A stretch of 64,000 bases of DNA from the human T2T-CHM13v2.0 reference genome, Homo sapiens (GCF_009914755.1 NC_060925.1), one strand, 5' to 3'; shown: positions 25,967 to 43,557, numbered from the stretch's first letter. Made by a program: numbers and translations. The notes: generated from the letters alone by a model not told the origin.

Positions 25967-28900
25967 TTTTGAGGCTGTTTGGAGGTATATGATCCAGGAT
26001 GCCTGAATCAAACCAACACTAAAACCAGAAATACCTAAAAATGAGGCATTGTAAAAATGATGGCAAATATTGTTTCGGTCTATTTCAGCCTCGTTTCTGT
26101 TTTTTTTGTTTTTGTTTTTGTTTTTAATGCTTACCACTGGCCCTAAGCATTCTAGGTGCTAGTTACTTCAACAGTGGTCAAGTGAGAGGCTGGGGAAGGG
26201 TGGAGCGGCAACTTTGGAATATGGACTTGTAAAGCTGTTTTGTATTGTTACCTGTGCTTCATCCTATATTAAAATGTTTTTTTCTTTCATTGGAAAAGAG
26301 CTTTGTAGTTTTACCTTGGCTAAGCTCTTTCTTACTCAGCGGCTTTTGCAAAGCTACAGTGAAGTCATTTTTGCTTATTATTTGTGCTTCTACCTACTTC
26401 CAAAAAGAATCTAAGATGACTTATTCCCCAAACAATTGTGCTAACCTTAGGCCTTCATTCTCTTCCAGACCATCTGTTCCTCTTTACCATGAAGTCATAG
26501 TACTATATTTGTGACAGCACAATCATTTCCATGGCAACAGGATGTGGTCCTCATCACTGAATCCTGATTTCACTCTGACAAAGATCAAGCAGCAGGGGAT
26601 TGGGTAGTATATTCCGACATTTTCTATTCTTTTTCAAGTTTAGCATCTCTCTGAAGAAATTCCTACTTTTGATTCTAAAATTTTATACTCAGCCTAGAAA
26701 TATGTTTTTGCAGAGTTTACATACGAAGTATTTGCCCAGCAAATAATTAAACATGCAAGCCAAAAATAATTTTGTGTGATTTGAGAAAATTCACATAAAT
26801 CTATACATACACACACTATGATATGTAAACTTGCTTGAAAGTGAGATGATTAGCAAATGCCATTCTGGTTTGTATAAAAGAAAAAAGAACAGCAAATCCA
26901 TTTAAAAGACGAGAAACTTCTAAGCCTAAGAAATTTGCTTTGATGACTGTGATAAGCAGTGGAAGGGACCTGACCTAGTTCTTACTCAATGCTTTCCTTA
27001 TCTTCTTCAGCACAAATAAGACACAAAAGGGCCTTCCCATGTGAGCTCAGACTATCTGACCAGGGAAAGATAGTTGGATAGCTTTATTAATATGAATGAC
27101 CAATATTCCTATAATTCTGTCCATTTGCTTTGATTGCACACAGTTTAATTACACAGTCTTTGGAGAAATTCCTTAGAAAACTATTGCTATACTATGCAAT
27201 TGAGTTAAAAGTATAAACTTTAAAAAGGGAAGTAGTTACTACAGCATCAGAAAAAAAAATACCTAATTGGTCCATTAATTTAGCAGCTTTACAGGACAGA
27301 TGGCAAAGACTGTTATAATGAGGCTCTGCTAGACATATTACATAACATAATATATATCATATATATTGTATATAGCATGTTACATATGTGTAATGTCATA
27401 TGTATTATATAAGATATATGTGTCAGAGAAAAAGAGTAACTTGTAAGACTTGATCATGTTCCCTTCTTCTGTTCTCCTCCAGCTTCCTTGTTGAGTCTAA
27501 GGGGTAAGTCGGGGAAAGAAATAGGGAGAAAAGTTGGTAAGGGACAGAAAGAAGAACTGAAGGAGAAGCTAAAGCAATTTACATTAAAAAGAAAAAAAAA
27601 GATAAGAATTACCTGCAGTGGAAAAGATCTGGAAGGAAGGGGAAAGGGACAGAGAAAGTAGGGAGGTGAGAGGTGAAGAGAGTGATTGAAATCTGAGCAG
27701 GAGCATTTGGACAGCAGCTGCTCTGCAGCGTGGGGCTTTGGGGAAATAGGAAAGAAGGATTTTGACTAAGTTCCATTGTTTGCGATGGGATGTGATTCAT
27801 CACTTTGCTACTTCTTCAAGAGCCTTCAGTGAAAATAAATTATTTTTCAAAGCTCATTAAAGGTGGATTTGTGATTCTTTTGAATGAGACAAAATATTCG
27901 GATGGACTCTAAGGCTACAGAAAGCCTTATTCTGATTTTACAAATATATATGTAAGCAGCCTCTCTTGAGGAAAATAATAAGTGGTGCTATCATTGACTG
28001 CTATCTCTGACCCTCGGAGATTATGTTGACCAGAGCTGTCCCAGTCCCAAATAATGCAATATTTGCAGTAGGTACTGTCCAGAGATGGGTGGCCTTCCAT
28101 GGTCTGGAGTTTCTAACTCTAACGAAACTTAATTTTAGCCTTAAAGGATTTAGGAACTTAGAAGAATCAAATGTGGAAGGGTAGAAAAAGACACAATGAT
28201 TGCTTCAGAGAGCCCTAGTGCCAAGCCAGTTTTTGAGGCCTACAAGAAGGCAAAGGATAATTACAGAGAGCATCATGATACCTAAAGGACAGGCTTCACT
28301 GACAATTGTAGTATTAAGGCCTGCTTCAATCTCACATTGGTCTGAGTCTTATTACAGACTGTAGTTTCTTCAAAAAATGCAGAGCCTTTACTCACGCATA
28401 GGAGTATGGTAATAAGTGGGAAGGAAGTCCTTCTGTGAAGGTCATCATCACTTTTGATCTCATCATTATTTTCCTAGTGTGAACATCATAATAGAGGTTA
28501 TGTAATGATTCAGGGGAGGGCAAGGTAAGACAAGGTGAAAATGATCATCAGGATAGAAATGGGAGGCCAGGGCAAGAGTAGGAAGGCTCAGCGATTCCCA
28601 AGTGTCCCACCTAACATTAGTGCATGAGATGCACGGTGATAAAAAAGAGTTCTGTGAGAAGACAATTTTGGGCACAGTGTATAATTGTTTTTCCCTTGGA
28701 AAAATACCCACTTGCATGCTATAGGCTCTGAGAAGTTCCAACAAGAAAAAAATTTCTGCTTAAACTACTGTTGCCCAAAATTATTTGATCATAAAACACA
28801 TTTTAGCAACAACTATTAACATTCCAAGAGACTGGTATTATTCAGAACATACATTGGCTAATATTGGGGCAGATGATGTATCTAAAATCACCTCATAACA

Positions 28901-30307
28901 GGTTATATTACTGTGATAGCTTTAAAAAATACTGAAGGGCACTGGCCTACTGTCAACCTGTATTCAATTACTGTGACTTTTGGCCTTCCTATAATTTTGG
29001 TGTAGGACTTCACCCTACTATACAATCATGGCTTGCTTCATAAAAACTGGGTAGGGTTTGTATGTAACACTCTACAAAGCTTCATCCCTTCCTTCAGTGC
29101 TCCCAAATGCTCATTACCTTCATGATGCCTGTTACTACCCAGAAACTCTCATTTGGTAAATCTCCAGGACGTAAACTTTTCTCTGCAGGACTGCATGCAT
29201 CAGTGTCTTTAAACTCCCTCCCACCAAACCAATCTTATTTTTCAAGAAACAGCTTTCTGCTAGGGAACCAACAAAAATATCCATCCTAATGTCTCCAGGT
29301 TAGCCAGGTTACATATTTGCAGCCTGACAGGGACTTCCTGAAAATGTAATGCCTTTATCCTAAAATAAAAATAAAAGAAGTTCCATGGGTAGGGATTTCC
29401 AGAACTGGGACAAGTTAACAAAAGGAAATGTTTTGAGTTAGATGGGCCTTTAATGATCCACAGATAGTATCCCTTGAGAAGTTGCCTGTTCTCTTTAAAA
29501 GAAGGGGACTCAGTCAGCAGGGTGATGCTCTCTTTGAAGGAACCACGCTTGACTGTGTGATATATTTCTTTTAAAAAATACAAGAATCACTGGCACAGAG
29601 TCTCATAAGTGTGTGTAGGGGAGGTATCTACATTTAATTAATAAATAGTGTCTCTGCTTGGGTGTGGACTTTAAACTTTTTTTTGTTTATTTTTGAATAG
29701 GTAACACACTCATGTATACAAAATCAAAAGGCATATCGTGAAAAGTGAGTTTCTCTTTTTTCTCAGTGATTCTGTTTTCCTCCGCAGAGGCAACCACTAT
29801 TACCAATTTCTTAAATTTCCTTCCATGGACATTCTATATATAAAAATGTATATATGTATTTTTAAACATATATAATTTTTCTTTTTTTACACAGATGGTA
29901 GCGTAATATACATACTACTCTCTATTTTACTTTATCTTTTCATTTATCAAGATATCTTAGCTACCTCTCCATATGGAGAGCTAGTGACGTGGCTATTTTA
30001 ACAGCTGAGTGTTGTTCACTGAATGCCTGTGCCATTTTGTTTTGCCATTCTATTGAGGGATATATATGTTGTTGCCAATCTTTTGTATTATTAACAATAT
30101 TGCATTGAACAGACTCACTGGATAAATACCTAGACATGGAATATGTGTCAATATGTATGTGCATTTTTACTTTTGAAAGATATTTCCAACTTTCTCTCCA
30201 TCCCTTACACATCCATCAACTATTTATGACTGACTACTTCCTCAAACTTTCATCAAAACAATATCTTATCAAATGTTTTAATCTTTTACAGTTTGATAGG
30301 TGAAAAT

Positions 30308-30311
<4 letters not shown>

Positions 30312-30344
<33 letters not shown>
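30312..30344 (+). repeat. (TG)n microsatellite
   Basis: About 16 TG units. Confidence 0.95.
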
Positions 30345-30346
<2 letters not shown>

Positions 30347-30474
30347 ATAATGCAGGAACCAAAGAGAGAAGTTGCAACTCAGGTAAGTAGAGTGGTGCTG
30401 AATTAAAATAATAAGTTTACCTTAGATAAAAAGTAATTTGAGATTTAAGTAGGTTACTTCAAAAAATTAAAGAC

Positions 30475-30773
<299 letters not shown>

Positions 30774-32564
30774 ATTAAAGACACTTTCTACCAAGAAGGA
30801 TTACACATACATAATTCTGACGGACACTTTTAGAAAAGGAGGAAAACCCATAATCTCCTGAGAGTTTTCTAGCTTCACAATTCTGTGATTTCTGTAATTC
30901 CATGGAATAAGAAAGTACTGAACAGTGAGAAGAATACTTTCATTACCGATCCATCCATGATCACAGTTTAGAAAATAAAGGGAAAACGTTTCTTTTGTAA
31001 ATCACTAAATATAAATCAGGAGAAAAGAGGGAGACTACAGTTGTCTCCACTTCTGATTTACCTCAGCCTGCTAGTCTGGTGGCCACATCCAGGACCTTAA
31101 AATCAGCTGGAGCCATTCAACCTCCCAAATTTCAGATTCATGCCTCTTACCATTTGATCACAGCTTCTGGCCTTCCATCCACCTCATTTCATTATTGTCA
31201 CCACATTTGTTCTCTCAATTGACTAGGCCTTTCCCCTTTCCTCTTTCTCCACCCAAGACTACCCACTTTTCTCCCCAGTGAGAAATTTAACTATATCACT
31301 ATCCATCTTTGCTTCCTTCTTTCCTAACATAAACATGCACTATAAACTTAGATGTTTATGAAATACTTAATTTTTCTGTGAATAAATTCAACTTCAATTG
31401 CAAGCCTCCATCTTAACATATAATCTTGGCAAATTCTCTGCCTTTCTCTGGATTGTATCTACATTTTCAGAGTTTGGGGATTGTATTATGCAGTAGGGGG
31501 TGGACGGGGTTTCAGGGACCCCTGCCACACATACTGCAGCCACCTTCTCCTTGCACTGGCAGTCTGCAGATCACCATCATCAACCATCTGACTGTCAGAG
31601 CATGCTGGATGCTGCCAGGCTGTCAACTCCTTCAGGCCCTCAAGTGCACAGGAAGTCATTCCTCTGCTGCACTGCTGCATGAGGTTGGCTTGGGCCCATG
31701 CTCCTAGACATCACTCACATCACTCAGTCTTTCTTTGTCCTTTCATGAAAACAAACAAAATATTTCAAAGTATGAACAATAATATAAACCATCCACGTAC
31801 TTATCACCCCAAATGAACTAATGTTACTGTCTTTTCATATTTCCATCAAAGTATTTTTTAAAGAAATAAAGATAAAGGTCAAGTCTCCCATATGTCCTTC
31901 CTAGCACAATTCCTTTACTTTCTTTACCCCCAGAGGTAATCACTATCATGAATTTGGTGCAAATCTGCTAGTCCATGTTGATATGCTTTTGTTTGACATA
32001 ACTGTAGAAAAACACAATATCTTGTATTGTTTTTTAAAAGTATATGCACACAGTATCATATGGATATAATATGCTGCAACTTAATGTTGCAGTCAAAATA
32101 TATCCATATATTGATATAAAGTCAGTCATTTTAATTTCTGTACTGTCTATCACAGAATGAATACATAACAGTTTCTTCCCATTCATTCATTCTTGGGTTG
32201 TTTCTAGTGTTTTGTTGATACAAACAAATATTGCAACAACTATCCCTTCCTATCCTTTTTCACTGTATAGTAGTCTCTCTCACAGTAAATGACATCACCA
32301 GGCACTGGGCCTAGGTGCTCCGCCAAAAACTTCAGTCATCCTTGAACCCCTTTCCTCACATCTCAAATCCCCATCAAGTTGTCTGTTTTGGCTTCAAAAT
32401 ATATTCTGGATCCAACCACTTCTCAACACTTTCAACCAATCCAAGTGACCAACATCACTTTCCTATGATTGCAATTGTTTTCTAATAATACTACACCCTA
32501 CAGTCTCTTCTACACAGAACAGCCAGAGTGGCCTTTTAAGAATGCACTTTCGATCAATAGTATC

Positions 32565-32924
32565 TGACATGGTTTGGTCGTGTTCCCACCCAAATCTCAT
32601 CTTGAATTATAACTCCCACAATTCCCATGTGTTGTGGAAGGAACTCGGTGGGAGGTGATTGGATGATGGGGGCGGGTCTTTCTTCCACTGTTCTCGTGAT
32701 AGTGAATGAGTCTTACGAGATCTTATGGTTTTAGAAAACGGGAATTTCCCTGCACAAGCTCAGTCTTCTCTTGTCTGCTGCCATGTGAGATGTGACTTTC
32801 ATTTTCTGCCATGACTGTGAGGCCTCCCCAGCCACGTGGAAGTGTAAGTCCAATAAACCTTTCTTTTGTAAATTGCCCAGTCTCAGGTATGTCTTTATCA
32901 GCAGTGTAAAAACGGACTAATACG
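32565..32924 (+). mobile_element. THE1 MaLR solo LTR inserted in an L2 relic
   Basis: tgacatggtttgg...actaatac; TSD GTAT(C/G). Confidence 0.88.
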
Positions 32925-34028
32925 GTATGCCTGCGCAAAACCCTCCAATGGCTTCTCGTTCCGCCAAAAAGTCCAAACTCCTTACCTTGGCCTGAAGGCC
33001 TTATGTGATGTAGCCTTTGCCTATCTTCCAGATTCATCTCTTGCCACTTTCCAGTCACTAACTCCACTCCACCTCATGGGCCTTCTTCCTTTCTTCCAGT
33101 GTTTCAAGCACATTTCTGCCATTCCTTCTTGCCTGAAGTGCACTTTCCTTAGAACATAAACACAGATCTTGTTCCCTCACTTCTCTAAGTTTCCTCAAAT
33201 TCACCTCAGGGAGGCCCTCCCTGTCCATCTTACCTAAAATAGTACTTCCAGCCCCTATCCCTTTACCCTGCCTGACGTGATATATGTGTTTATTCATAAG
33301 TTTGTCTCAACTTCATGAGAACAGTCTTGTTCATCATTTTATTCCCACAGCCTCGTATAATGCTGGTTTATATAGGAACTTGATAAATATTTATTCAATA
33401 AATACATGAATAAATGTTTCCTTATATGTGTTTTCAACCTTTTTTTCTAAATTATAGACGTTTCTGGATCATTAGAATGTTTGCATTTTCAACTAGGCAA
33501 CGTATTTCCAAATTGCTCTCCTAAGTAGTTGTATCAATTTACATCTCAACAGAAAGTAAGATTTTTTTCATTTCCCTGTATCCTTGCCAACACATGACAT
33601 TGCCAGACTTAGAGTCACCAATCTCATGGATGTTTTGATTTGTATTTATCTGATTACTAGAGTGAGGTTGAGCATATTTTTTTTTACTTCATTTTCTATT
33701 AGATTATCTTTCTCTTATTTACAAAAGTAATATATGTTTTCTGAATACTAATCTTTTGTTTAATATATGTTACAATTATCTTCTCCCAGACTGTGGCATT
33801 CCTTTTAATTTTGTTTATGGGATATTTTATCAAACAGAGGTACTAAATTTGGAGTGTTCAAATTTATTAGGTTTTTCCTTCATAATTTGTGCTTTTGATG
33901 TTACATTTAAGTAATCCTTCCTTCCCCTGTGATCATGAAGTGTGTTCTCCTATAATTTCTTCTAATAGTTATGAAGTTTTTACTTTGTTCCAGGTTTAGA
34001 TCTTTTCCATCTGGAATTCAGTTTATAC

Positions 34029-34721
<693 letters not shown>

Positions 34722-36411
34722 TTAGTATAGAAAGTCAGTATTCCCCAAACCCACTAGGTTTATAATGTTTCCTCTATCATATGTCAAGGTCTCATATTTA
34801 CATGTGTCTACCTCAGAGCTTTTCTTCATATTACAACCACTGTACTATTTAATTACTACAGTTCTACAAGGAACCTTCCTTTCTGGAAAGGCAAATTACA
34901 CTTTCTTAATTTTTTTAGAATTGTCTTGGCTCTTCTTAAAACTATTCTTTCTATAAGTAACTTTAGAATCAGCTTGTCAAGTTCCACAAAAAAATGTTGT
35001 TAAGAATTTGATTGAAATTGCACTGAATTGTGGAGAATCATACTTCTTATAGCATTGATTTTCTGTTCTGTGAATTTAGTATTACATATTACATATTTTT
35101 TATTACAATCTCTTTTTTGCCCTTTGCTATTTATAACATTTTTCATAAAGGTTTTGCACACTTGTGTTAGATTTGTTCCTAAGTATCTTATTATTTCTGT
35201 TGCAAGTATAAATGTGATCTTTTCCTCTCATTACATAGGTGTATGGATTTCCTATTACTTAGGTATATAGGATTGCTATTGATTTTTCACATCGATCATG
35301 CATTTAACCATACTCAACACTTAGTCATTCTAATTTTTTTTCCTATAGAGCCTCTTGGAGTTTCTGGCTAAGAAATGATGCTGTGCACACATATTTTTAT
35401 TCTTCTTTGCTAATCACTGAATACCTCTTTTTCTCTTTTCATAAATACAGGGACTAGAACTTGTAGTATGATGTTTAATTATAGAGGTTTCAGCAGGCTT
35501 GCTATATTCTTGACTCTATAGGAATCCTTCTATAGTCTCATAATTAAATATGTTATAGATGCTTCATATATACCCTCATGAAGTTAATATTTCTAGTTAA
35601 TTAAGACATTTTGTTTTAAATTATAGTTCTTAAATTTTTAATGCTTTGTTTGTATCCATTGAGATGAGCATATGGGTCTTCACCTTAATCTGGTAATAAG
35701 GTAGATTACAGATAGATTTTAAAATCATAATACCATCTTTACATTTGGGGCAAATTTTAGTTGTACCTGATGTATTATTTTGTATACTTTGTTGGATTTG
35801 ATTTCATAATTATTTTATTTAGGATTTTCGTGTCAATGTTAAAAAGTGAGATTCATCTGTAATTTTCTTTGTCTATAGAGTTGTCCTATTTTGGTATCAA
35901 GATTATATTAACTTTGTAAAAGAAACCGGGTAGCCTTTACTCTTCTTGTCTAAAATAGTTTGTGCGAGTTAGTATAGTCTGTTCCATGAAATTTGATAAA
36001 ATTCACCTGTAAAACCATCTGGCCTGGCTTCTTTGGCAAGGGATGGAAGGATGACTGGGAGGAGACTATTGGGAGACTTTTGACTATTGATCTATTATCT
36101 TTATGATGCTTGATTTATTCAGATTTTATATTTCTTCTAGAGTTAACTCTTAAATTTATATTTTTCTGGTAAGTTGTGGATTTCACCTCAGTTTTCAATT
36201 TACTGACATAAGATCACACAATATTACAAAATTTCTGGCATAACCAGTATTTTTAATTTCTACTCTACTATATATATATCTATATTCTTCTTTGAATTCC
36301 TCATATTGCTTATTTATGCTATCTTCTTTTCAATGTGGCTTGTTAAAGGTTTATTTATTTTATTGGTTTCCTCAAAGAACCCACTTTTGAATTTCTTAAT
36401 CAATTTTACTT

Positions 36412-36738
<327 letters not shown>

Positions 36739-37330
36739 TGAAATGACTCTGTTCATTTTCCAGATTCTAGGGGTAGGTGTTTGCTCATTTACTTGAAATC
36801 ATTTTTAATAAATGCATTTCATACCATACATTTCTTTCAAATGACTGAGTTACTTGCATTATACAAGTTGTTCCATGCAGTATTTTCTTTGTTACCCTTT
36901 TCTAAATGGTTTTTATTTTTAAGTCATGAGTTATTTATGAGTCTGTCATTAAGTTTCAAACTTAGTAAAATTGATTTCTAACTTTACTAAATTTTGGTCA
37001 GAGAATATAGTCTGTACTGTGGTGATTTTTGAAATAGCTGGCCTGGTATGTGCTCAAATTATATAAATGTTTAATGTGTGTTTGAAAAGAATATCTATTT
37101 GTTGGGTGGAGGGTTTTTACCTATGTATATAGATAGATATTACAGAAATCTTTCATTTCCTGGAGATGATCCATTCCCACTGAAATAGAAATCCAGATTT
37201 TAAACTGACTTTAAAATAAATACATTCAATAAGATAAAGAAATAAAAAAGAATCAAAGGTTAAGAAACAAACACAAAAGACATGAATAAAGTAAAGATAA
37301 ATGTGAAAAATAATTACATAGGAAAATGGA

Positions 37331-37550
37331 GGCCAGGCATGGTGGCTCATGCCTGTAATCCTAACACTTTGGGAGGCAGAGGCAGAAGGACTGCTTGAGC
37401 CCAGGTGTTCGAGACCAGCCTGGGCAATATAGGGAGACCCCGTCCCTACAAAAAATTTTTAAAAAATTAGCCAGGCATGGTGGCATGCATCTGTAGTCCC
37501 AGCTATTCAGGGGGCTGAGGTAGGAGGACTGCTTGAGCTGGGAGTTTGAG
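37331..37550 (+). mobile_element. AluJ, 3'-truncated
   Basis: Left arm plus part of right arm, no tail. Confidence 0.85.
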
Positions 37551-37642
37551 ACAAACTCTAAACTGCTCAGAGAAACAATTATTGAATAGTGAAAGTAAAG
37601 AAATGACCCAAAATTCAGCATGATATCAAAGAAAAGACATAT

Positions 37643-38205
37643 TGTGGCAGTTTCAAATCATGGCCACAAATTCTTTGATACTCCTCCCATTAAGAGGTGG
37701 GTCTAGTTCCCACATTCCCAAACCGGGTGAGCTTGTGACTAAGTAAAGGTGGAAATGACATTATATATGACTTGTGAGGCTAGGCAATAAAATTTCATGC
37801 ATTCCACCTTGTTTGCCAAAACACTCACTATTGGAGCCCTGGGCTACCATGTAAGAAGTCTGACTACCCTGAGGCCACTATGATGTGAGGAAACCGAAAC
37901 CACATGGAGAAGTCATGTGTAGGCATTCCAATCTACAGTCCCAGCAGAGTGCCACCTCTGTCCCTCTAGCCCAGAGGCAGGTGAGTAAAAAATCCTCCAG
38001 TCATTCAAGTGACCACCCACTGTTCAAGTCTTCTCATCTGACACCCTGGATATCCTGAAATAGAGTCAAGCTATCCCTGATGTACCTGTTTCAAATATCT
38101 ATGGTGCAGAATCTGTGAGCATAATACAATATTAATAGTTATTGCTTCTTGGCACTATGTTTTAGAGTGGTGTGTTTGTTACATAGCAATATATAGACAG
38201 AACAC
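37643..38205 (+). mobile_element. MLT1F/G-like MaLR LTR
   Basis: tgtggcag...ggccacaaattctttgatactcctccc...tttgttacatagcaat. Confidence 0.65.
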
Positions 38206-38446
38206 ACGAAGGATGCATCTAATAGTAATTTCAGAAAGGGAATAAAATGAATGCTGGAAATAATATTTGTAGAGATGATACAGAGAATTTTTAAAAAGTG
38301 AAGTTGCATATTAAGTGCAAAATAATGAAAACAAATTCATACTTCGATGTACTGTAGTGAAGACACCTAACATTAAGGATAAAGGGCAAATTTTAAAAGC
38401 CACCCCAAAGAGAAAACACAGATAACCCATAAAAGAATGACAATTA

Positions 38447-38759
<313 letters not shown>

Positions 38760-39185
38760 TCATTAGCAGCAATAGAAACGAGAAGCCAATGCAATAATAT
38801 CACCAAAGGACTGAGATGAAAATAATTGGCAACATAGGTTTCTATATCCAGCTAAGTGACAATTCAAGAATAATGAAATAGAAAACTTTTCTTTAAAACT
38901 GACTTTAACAAGCATACATTTTTATTGAAAGAGCTACTAAAAGATGCATTGTAGCAAGAAGAAAAGTGAATTCAGAATGAAAGCATCGTATTAAAGAAAC
39001 AAATGGTAAAAACAAAAATTGATAAATTATGTTAAGTCAAATTACACATTGATTTTATAGTAACAGTTTTATGTTCTGATAAATATGGAACTAAAATTCT
39101 AGATAACAATGACTCCCAATACATTAGGTAGATAAAGCAGTCTTGGGGCTGGAGGATAACTGACTTTAAAAAACTTTAGAAATCC

Positions 39186-39499
39186 GCTGGGCGCGGTGGC
39201 TCACGCCTGTAATTCCAGCACTTTGGGAGGCCGAGGCGGGCGGATCACGAAGTCAGGAGGTCAGGAGATCGAGACCATCCTGGCTAACACGGTGGGACCC
39301 CGTCTCTACTAAAAATACAAAAAATCAGCCGGGCGTGGTGGTGGGAGCCTGTAGTCCCAGCTACTTAGGAGGCTGAGGCAGGAGAATGGCGTGAAACCTG
39401 GAGGCGGAGCTTGCAGTGAGCTAAGATGGCGCCACTGCACTCCGTCCTGGGCGACAGAGTGAGACTCCATCTCAACAACAACAACAACAACAACAAAAA
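39186..39499 (+). mobile_element. AluY with a short internal duplication and (CAA)n tail
   Basis: Y diagnostics; gtcaggag duplicated; TSD AAAAACTTTAGAAATC. Confidence 0.94.
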
Positions 39500-39701
39500 C
39501 TTTAGAAATCGTTAGGAAAATAAATGGTTAAGCATGCATGTCAAAATTTTAACAGTAGCTTCTGAAAGAACAGACAAAATATAACCCACTTCAAATAGAG
39601 GTAAAAGCAAGGGAATTTTCAAAAGTTATCAATCCAACAAAGGCAAGAGAGGCAAACAAACAACAACAACCACAAAAAAAAAAAAAAAAAAAGAGAAATC
39701 A

Positions 39702-40019
<318 letters not shown>

Positions 40020-41085
40020 TCAAAAGTAGACATAGGTAGAGATAAATTCAAATAGATCTTACTCATATAAATTGAACTTTTCAGTTAAAAACAGACTGTC
40101 AGGATTAAAAACAACAACAAAAAATCAGCTATATGCCACATACAAAAGATGTGGCCATAATAAAATAACATAGAAAAGGTTAAAAATAAAGGTAAAAGTT
40201 ATAGCAAGCAAATGCTAAACAAAAGAAAGTTGAAGTTTAATATCAGTAGCAGACAAAAATAGTATAAAGCAAAAAGTATTAATAAGGATAAAAACATTAC
40301 GTAATAATAAAAATTAAAAATTGCCAAGTTCTATCTAGCTGACCATATAACCATGATATAAAACAAAAACTAACAGAATTACACCAAAAATTAGTAGATC
40401 AACACTATATTGAAATTAAAAAAAATTTTTTTTTTAAACAAGTTCTCACTGTGTTGCTCAGGCTAGGCTGAAACTTCTGGGCTCAATGGATTCTTCCACC
40501 TCAGCCCCCTGGGTAGCTGGATCTATAGGTCCATGCCACCAAGCCCAGGTGCTATATTGGAAAATTTAAATATGTCTTTTTAGAAATTCACAGATCAATT
40601 AAACAGAAACTAAATTGAAAGTTGGCAGATGTTTTTAGTATTGTTTTCCTTGTGTACAAATTGTAATTTGCAGGTCATCTAGAGTGATAGTTTTTCCTTT
40701 TTTTTAACTTATTCCGTTGGTTTCCTGTTTTAGCGTTGCGTCCATGTAGACCTGAGACCCCCTGGCTATGTGTCTCAGGATGTGTCCTTCAGTTCTGCCT
40801 CCTGAGCCTCAAGGTAGGTTAGCCTAAGTCTTGTGTGTGCTAGTTTGTTTCCTTTCACCACCATAACTAAGCAGTTTTTGTTGTTTTCTGTTTGCTTTGT
40901 TTTTTAAACTCTAGCCCAGGGTAGAAGTCACAGTTTTTCCCAAATTTCAGTTTCACAATGAACCTGACTAAGGTGCCCTACCATGTTTGGGGTGCCTTTG
41001 ATCTCCACTACTGGGAAGGATTCAAACTCCTAGAAAACTTCTACCAGCTTCCATACTCAGAAGATCATCGAGGCTGTAGCTGTAG

Positions 41086-41414
<329 letters not shown>

Positions 41415-42042
41415 GGTCTTTCATTTTGATGCCCAGAGATGATTGTTTTGTTAATGAACCCAGAGATGTCTTTTAATTTTTAATTAAATTTTATTATTGA
41501 AGTTCTTGGAGAAGATGTAGAAATTCAAAGTGTGAGCTCCACAAAACCATTTTGACCATTTTCCCATGACATTCTGGATGTGGGGAACTCTGGTCTTGCT
41601 ACCTTTTTTGGCTTTCCTTAGTAATATGGATTCAGGCTTCTTGTATTCTCAAATGCCAGAAATCTATTTGGAATCTCTAAATCACAGGGCTTCTGGCTCA
41701 GGTAGAGGCAGAGTATAAAACCCCCTGTTTCTTGCTCTCCTCACTGACTTAATGTATACGACAATTAGAGACATTAAAACAATATATTCTGGTACTGAAA
41801 CTCTTGCTCTTAAATTAGTCTTTATCCTAAATTTTTTCAAAGTCTATGCATTTTTGTAACCTTAAGTTTTGAAATCCAGTAGGGAAGGGGTGTAAGAAAA
41901 GGTGTGTGGAGGAAAACCCCACAATTACATCTCATTATTATTCTACCAGAGAAGAGATTTTCCTCTCTGCATTTATGTTCTGGAATCTACTTTTTCTCAT
42001 TTCCCCAGAGGCCTCACTCTTATCTACCTCTCTCTCTCCCTC

Positions 42043-42644
42043 TTTTTTTTTTTTTTGAGACAGAGTCTTGCTCTGTCTCCCAGGCTGGAGTACAGTAGCA
42101 TGATCATAGCTCACTGTAGCCTCGAATTCCTGGGCTCAAGAGATCGTCCCACCTCAGCCTTCCCAGTAGCTGGGACTATAGGTGCATGCCACCATGCCCA
42201 AGTTATTTTATTTTATTTTATTTTTAAGATGGAGTCTCCCTCTGTCACCCAGGCTGGAGTGCAGTGGCATGATCTTGGCTCACTGCAACCTCCACCTCCT
42301 GGGTTCAAGCGACTCTCCTGCCTCACCCTCCCCAAGTAGCTGGGACTACAGGTGTGCACCACCACAGCCAGCTAATTTTTTTGTATTTTTAGTAGAGATG
42401 GGGTTTCACCATGTTGGCCAGGCTGGTCTCAAACTCTTGACCTCAGGTGATCTGCCCACCTCGGCCTCCCAAAGTGCTGGGATTACAGGTGTTGAGCCAC
42501 CGTACCCGGCCTATTTTATTTTTTATGGAGACGAGGGTCTTGCTTTGTTGCCCATGTGGGTCTTAAACTCTTGGGCTTAAGTGATCCTCCAGCTTCCGCC
42601 TCCCAAAGTGCTGGGATTACAAGCATGAGCCACCATGCCTGGCT
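42043..42644 (-). mobile_element. AluJ with an AluS (42204-42511) nested in its A-rich linker
   Basis: J right arm, full S dimer, then J left arm. Confidence 0.88.
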
Positions 42645-43119
42645 GGCCTCTATCCCTGATTTTTCTATATCGGATGTTTTCCTGCTGAAGTCTCCCACCT
42701 CTTTATAAGACAAAACTATCTTTCATTCATTTTGTAGGCAAGCTTTCTAAAAACCACACAAGTAGCTTTAATTACTATCTAACTGCTGATGACTCCCAAA
42801 GCTACAACTCTAGTACAGATTTCTCTCATGTTCTCCAGATACACAAGTTTTCTCAACCCCAGACAAATGTAGTTCAGCATGTCCAAAATAAATTCATTAT
42901 CTCCACATCCCATACACCTCTCCAAACCTGTTCCTTCTCTCTTACATTTTCTATTTTCATCCATTTCTCAAGCAGAAACCTGAGAGTCTTCTTGATTCCT
43001 TCCCATCCAATAAATCACCCAGTTCTGTCATTATATTTCCATTTAAGGAATTTCTATAGTCACACATTTGTTAAGTACCACTAGAACCATAGCAGTATAA
43101 TGAATTAAAGATGAGATTA

Positions 43120-43460
43120 GGCTGGGCACGGTGGCTCACCCATGTAATCCCAGCACTTTGGGAAGTTGAGGCGGGTGGATTGTTTGAGCCCAGGAGTTTG
43201 AGACCAGCCTGGGCAACATGGTGAAACCCCATCTCTACACAAAATAAAAAAATTAGCTGGGTGTGGTGGTGCACACTTGTGGTCCCAGCTACTCAAGAGG
43301 CTGAGGTGGGAGGATTGCTTGATCCCAGGAGATCAAGGATGCAATGGGCCATGATCATGCCACTGCACTACACTCCAGCCCAGCAACACAGTAAGACCCT
43401 GTCTCAAAAAAAAAAACATAAACAAAAAAAAAAAACAAAACAAAAAAACCCCAAAAAACA
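43120..43460 (+). mobile_element. AluJ
   Basis: Full dimer with long A-rich tail. Confidence 0.9.
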
Positions 43461-43557
43461 TGAGGTTAAAGTGGTAGAATGAAAAAAGATTTTTAATATC
43501 ATTAAATTCAAGGTAAAAGATAATTTGGGTAAAGAAAACATAATTAGTACTACCAAA

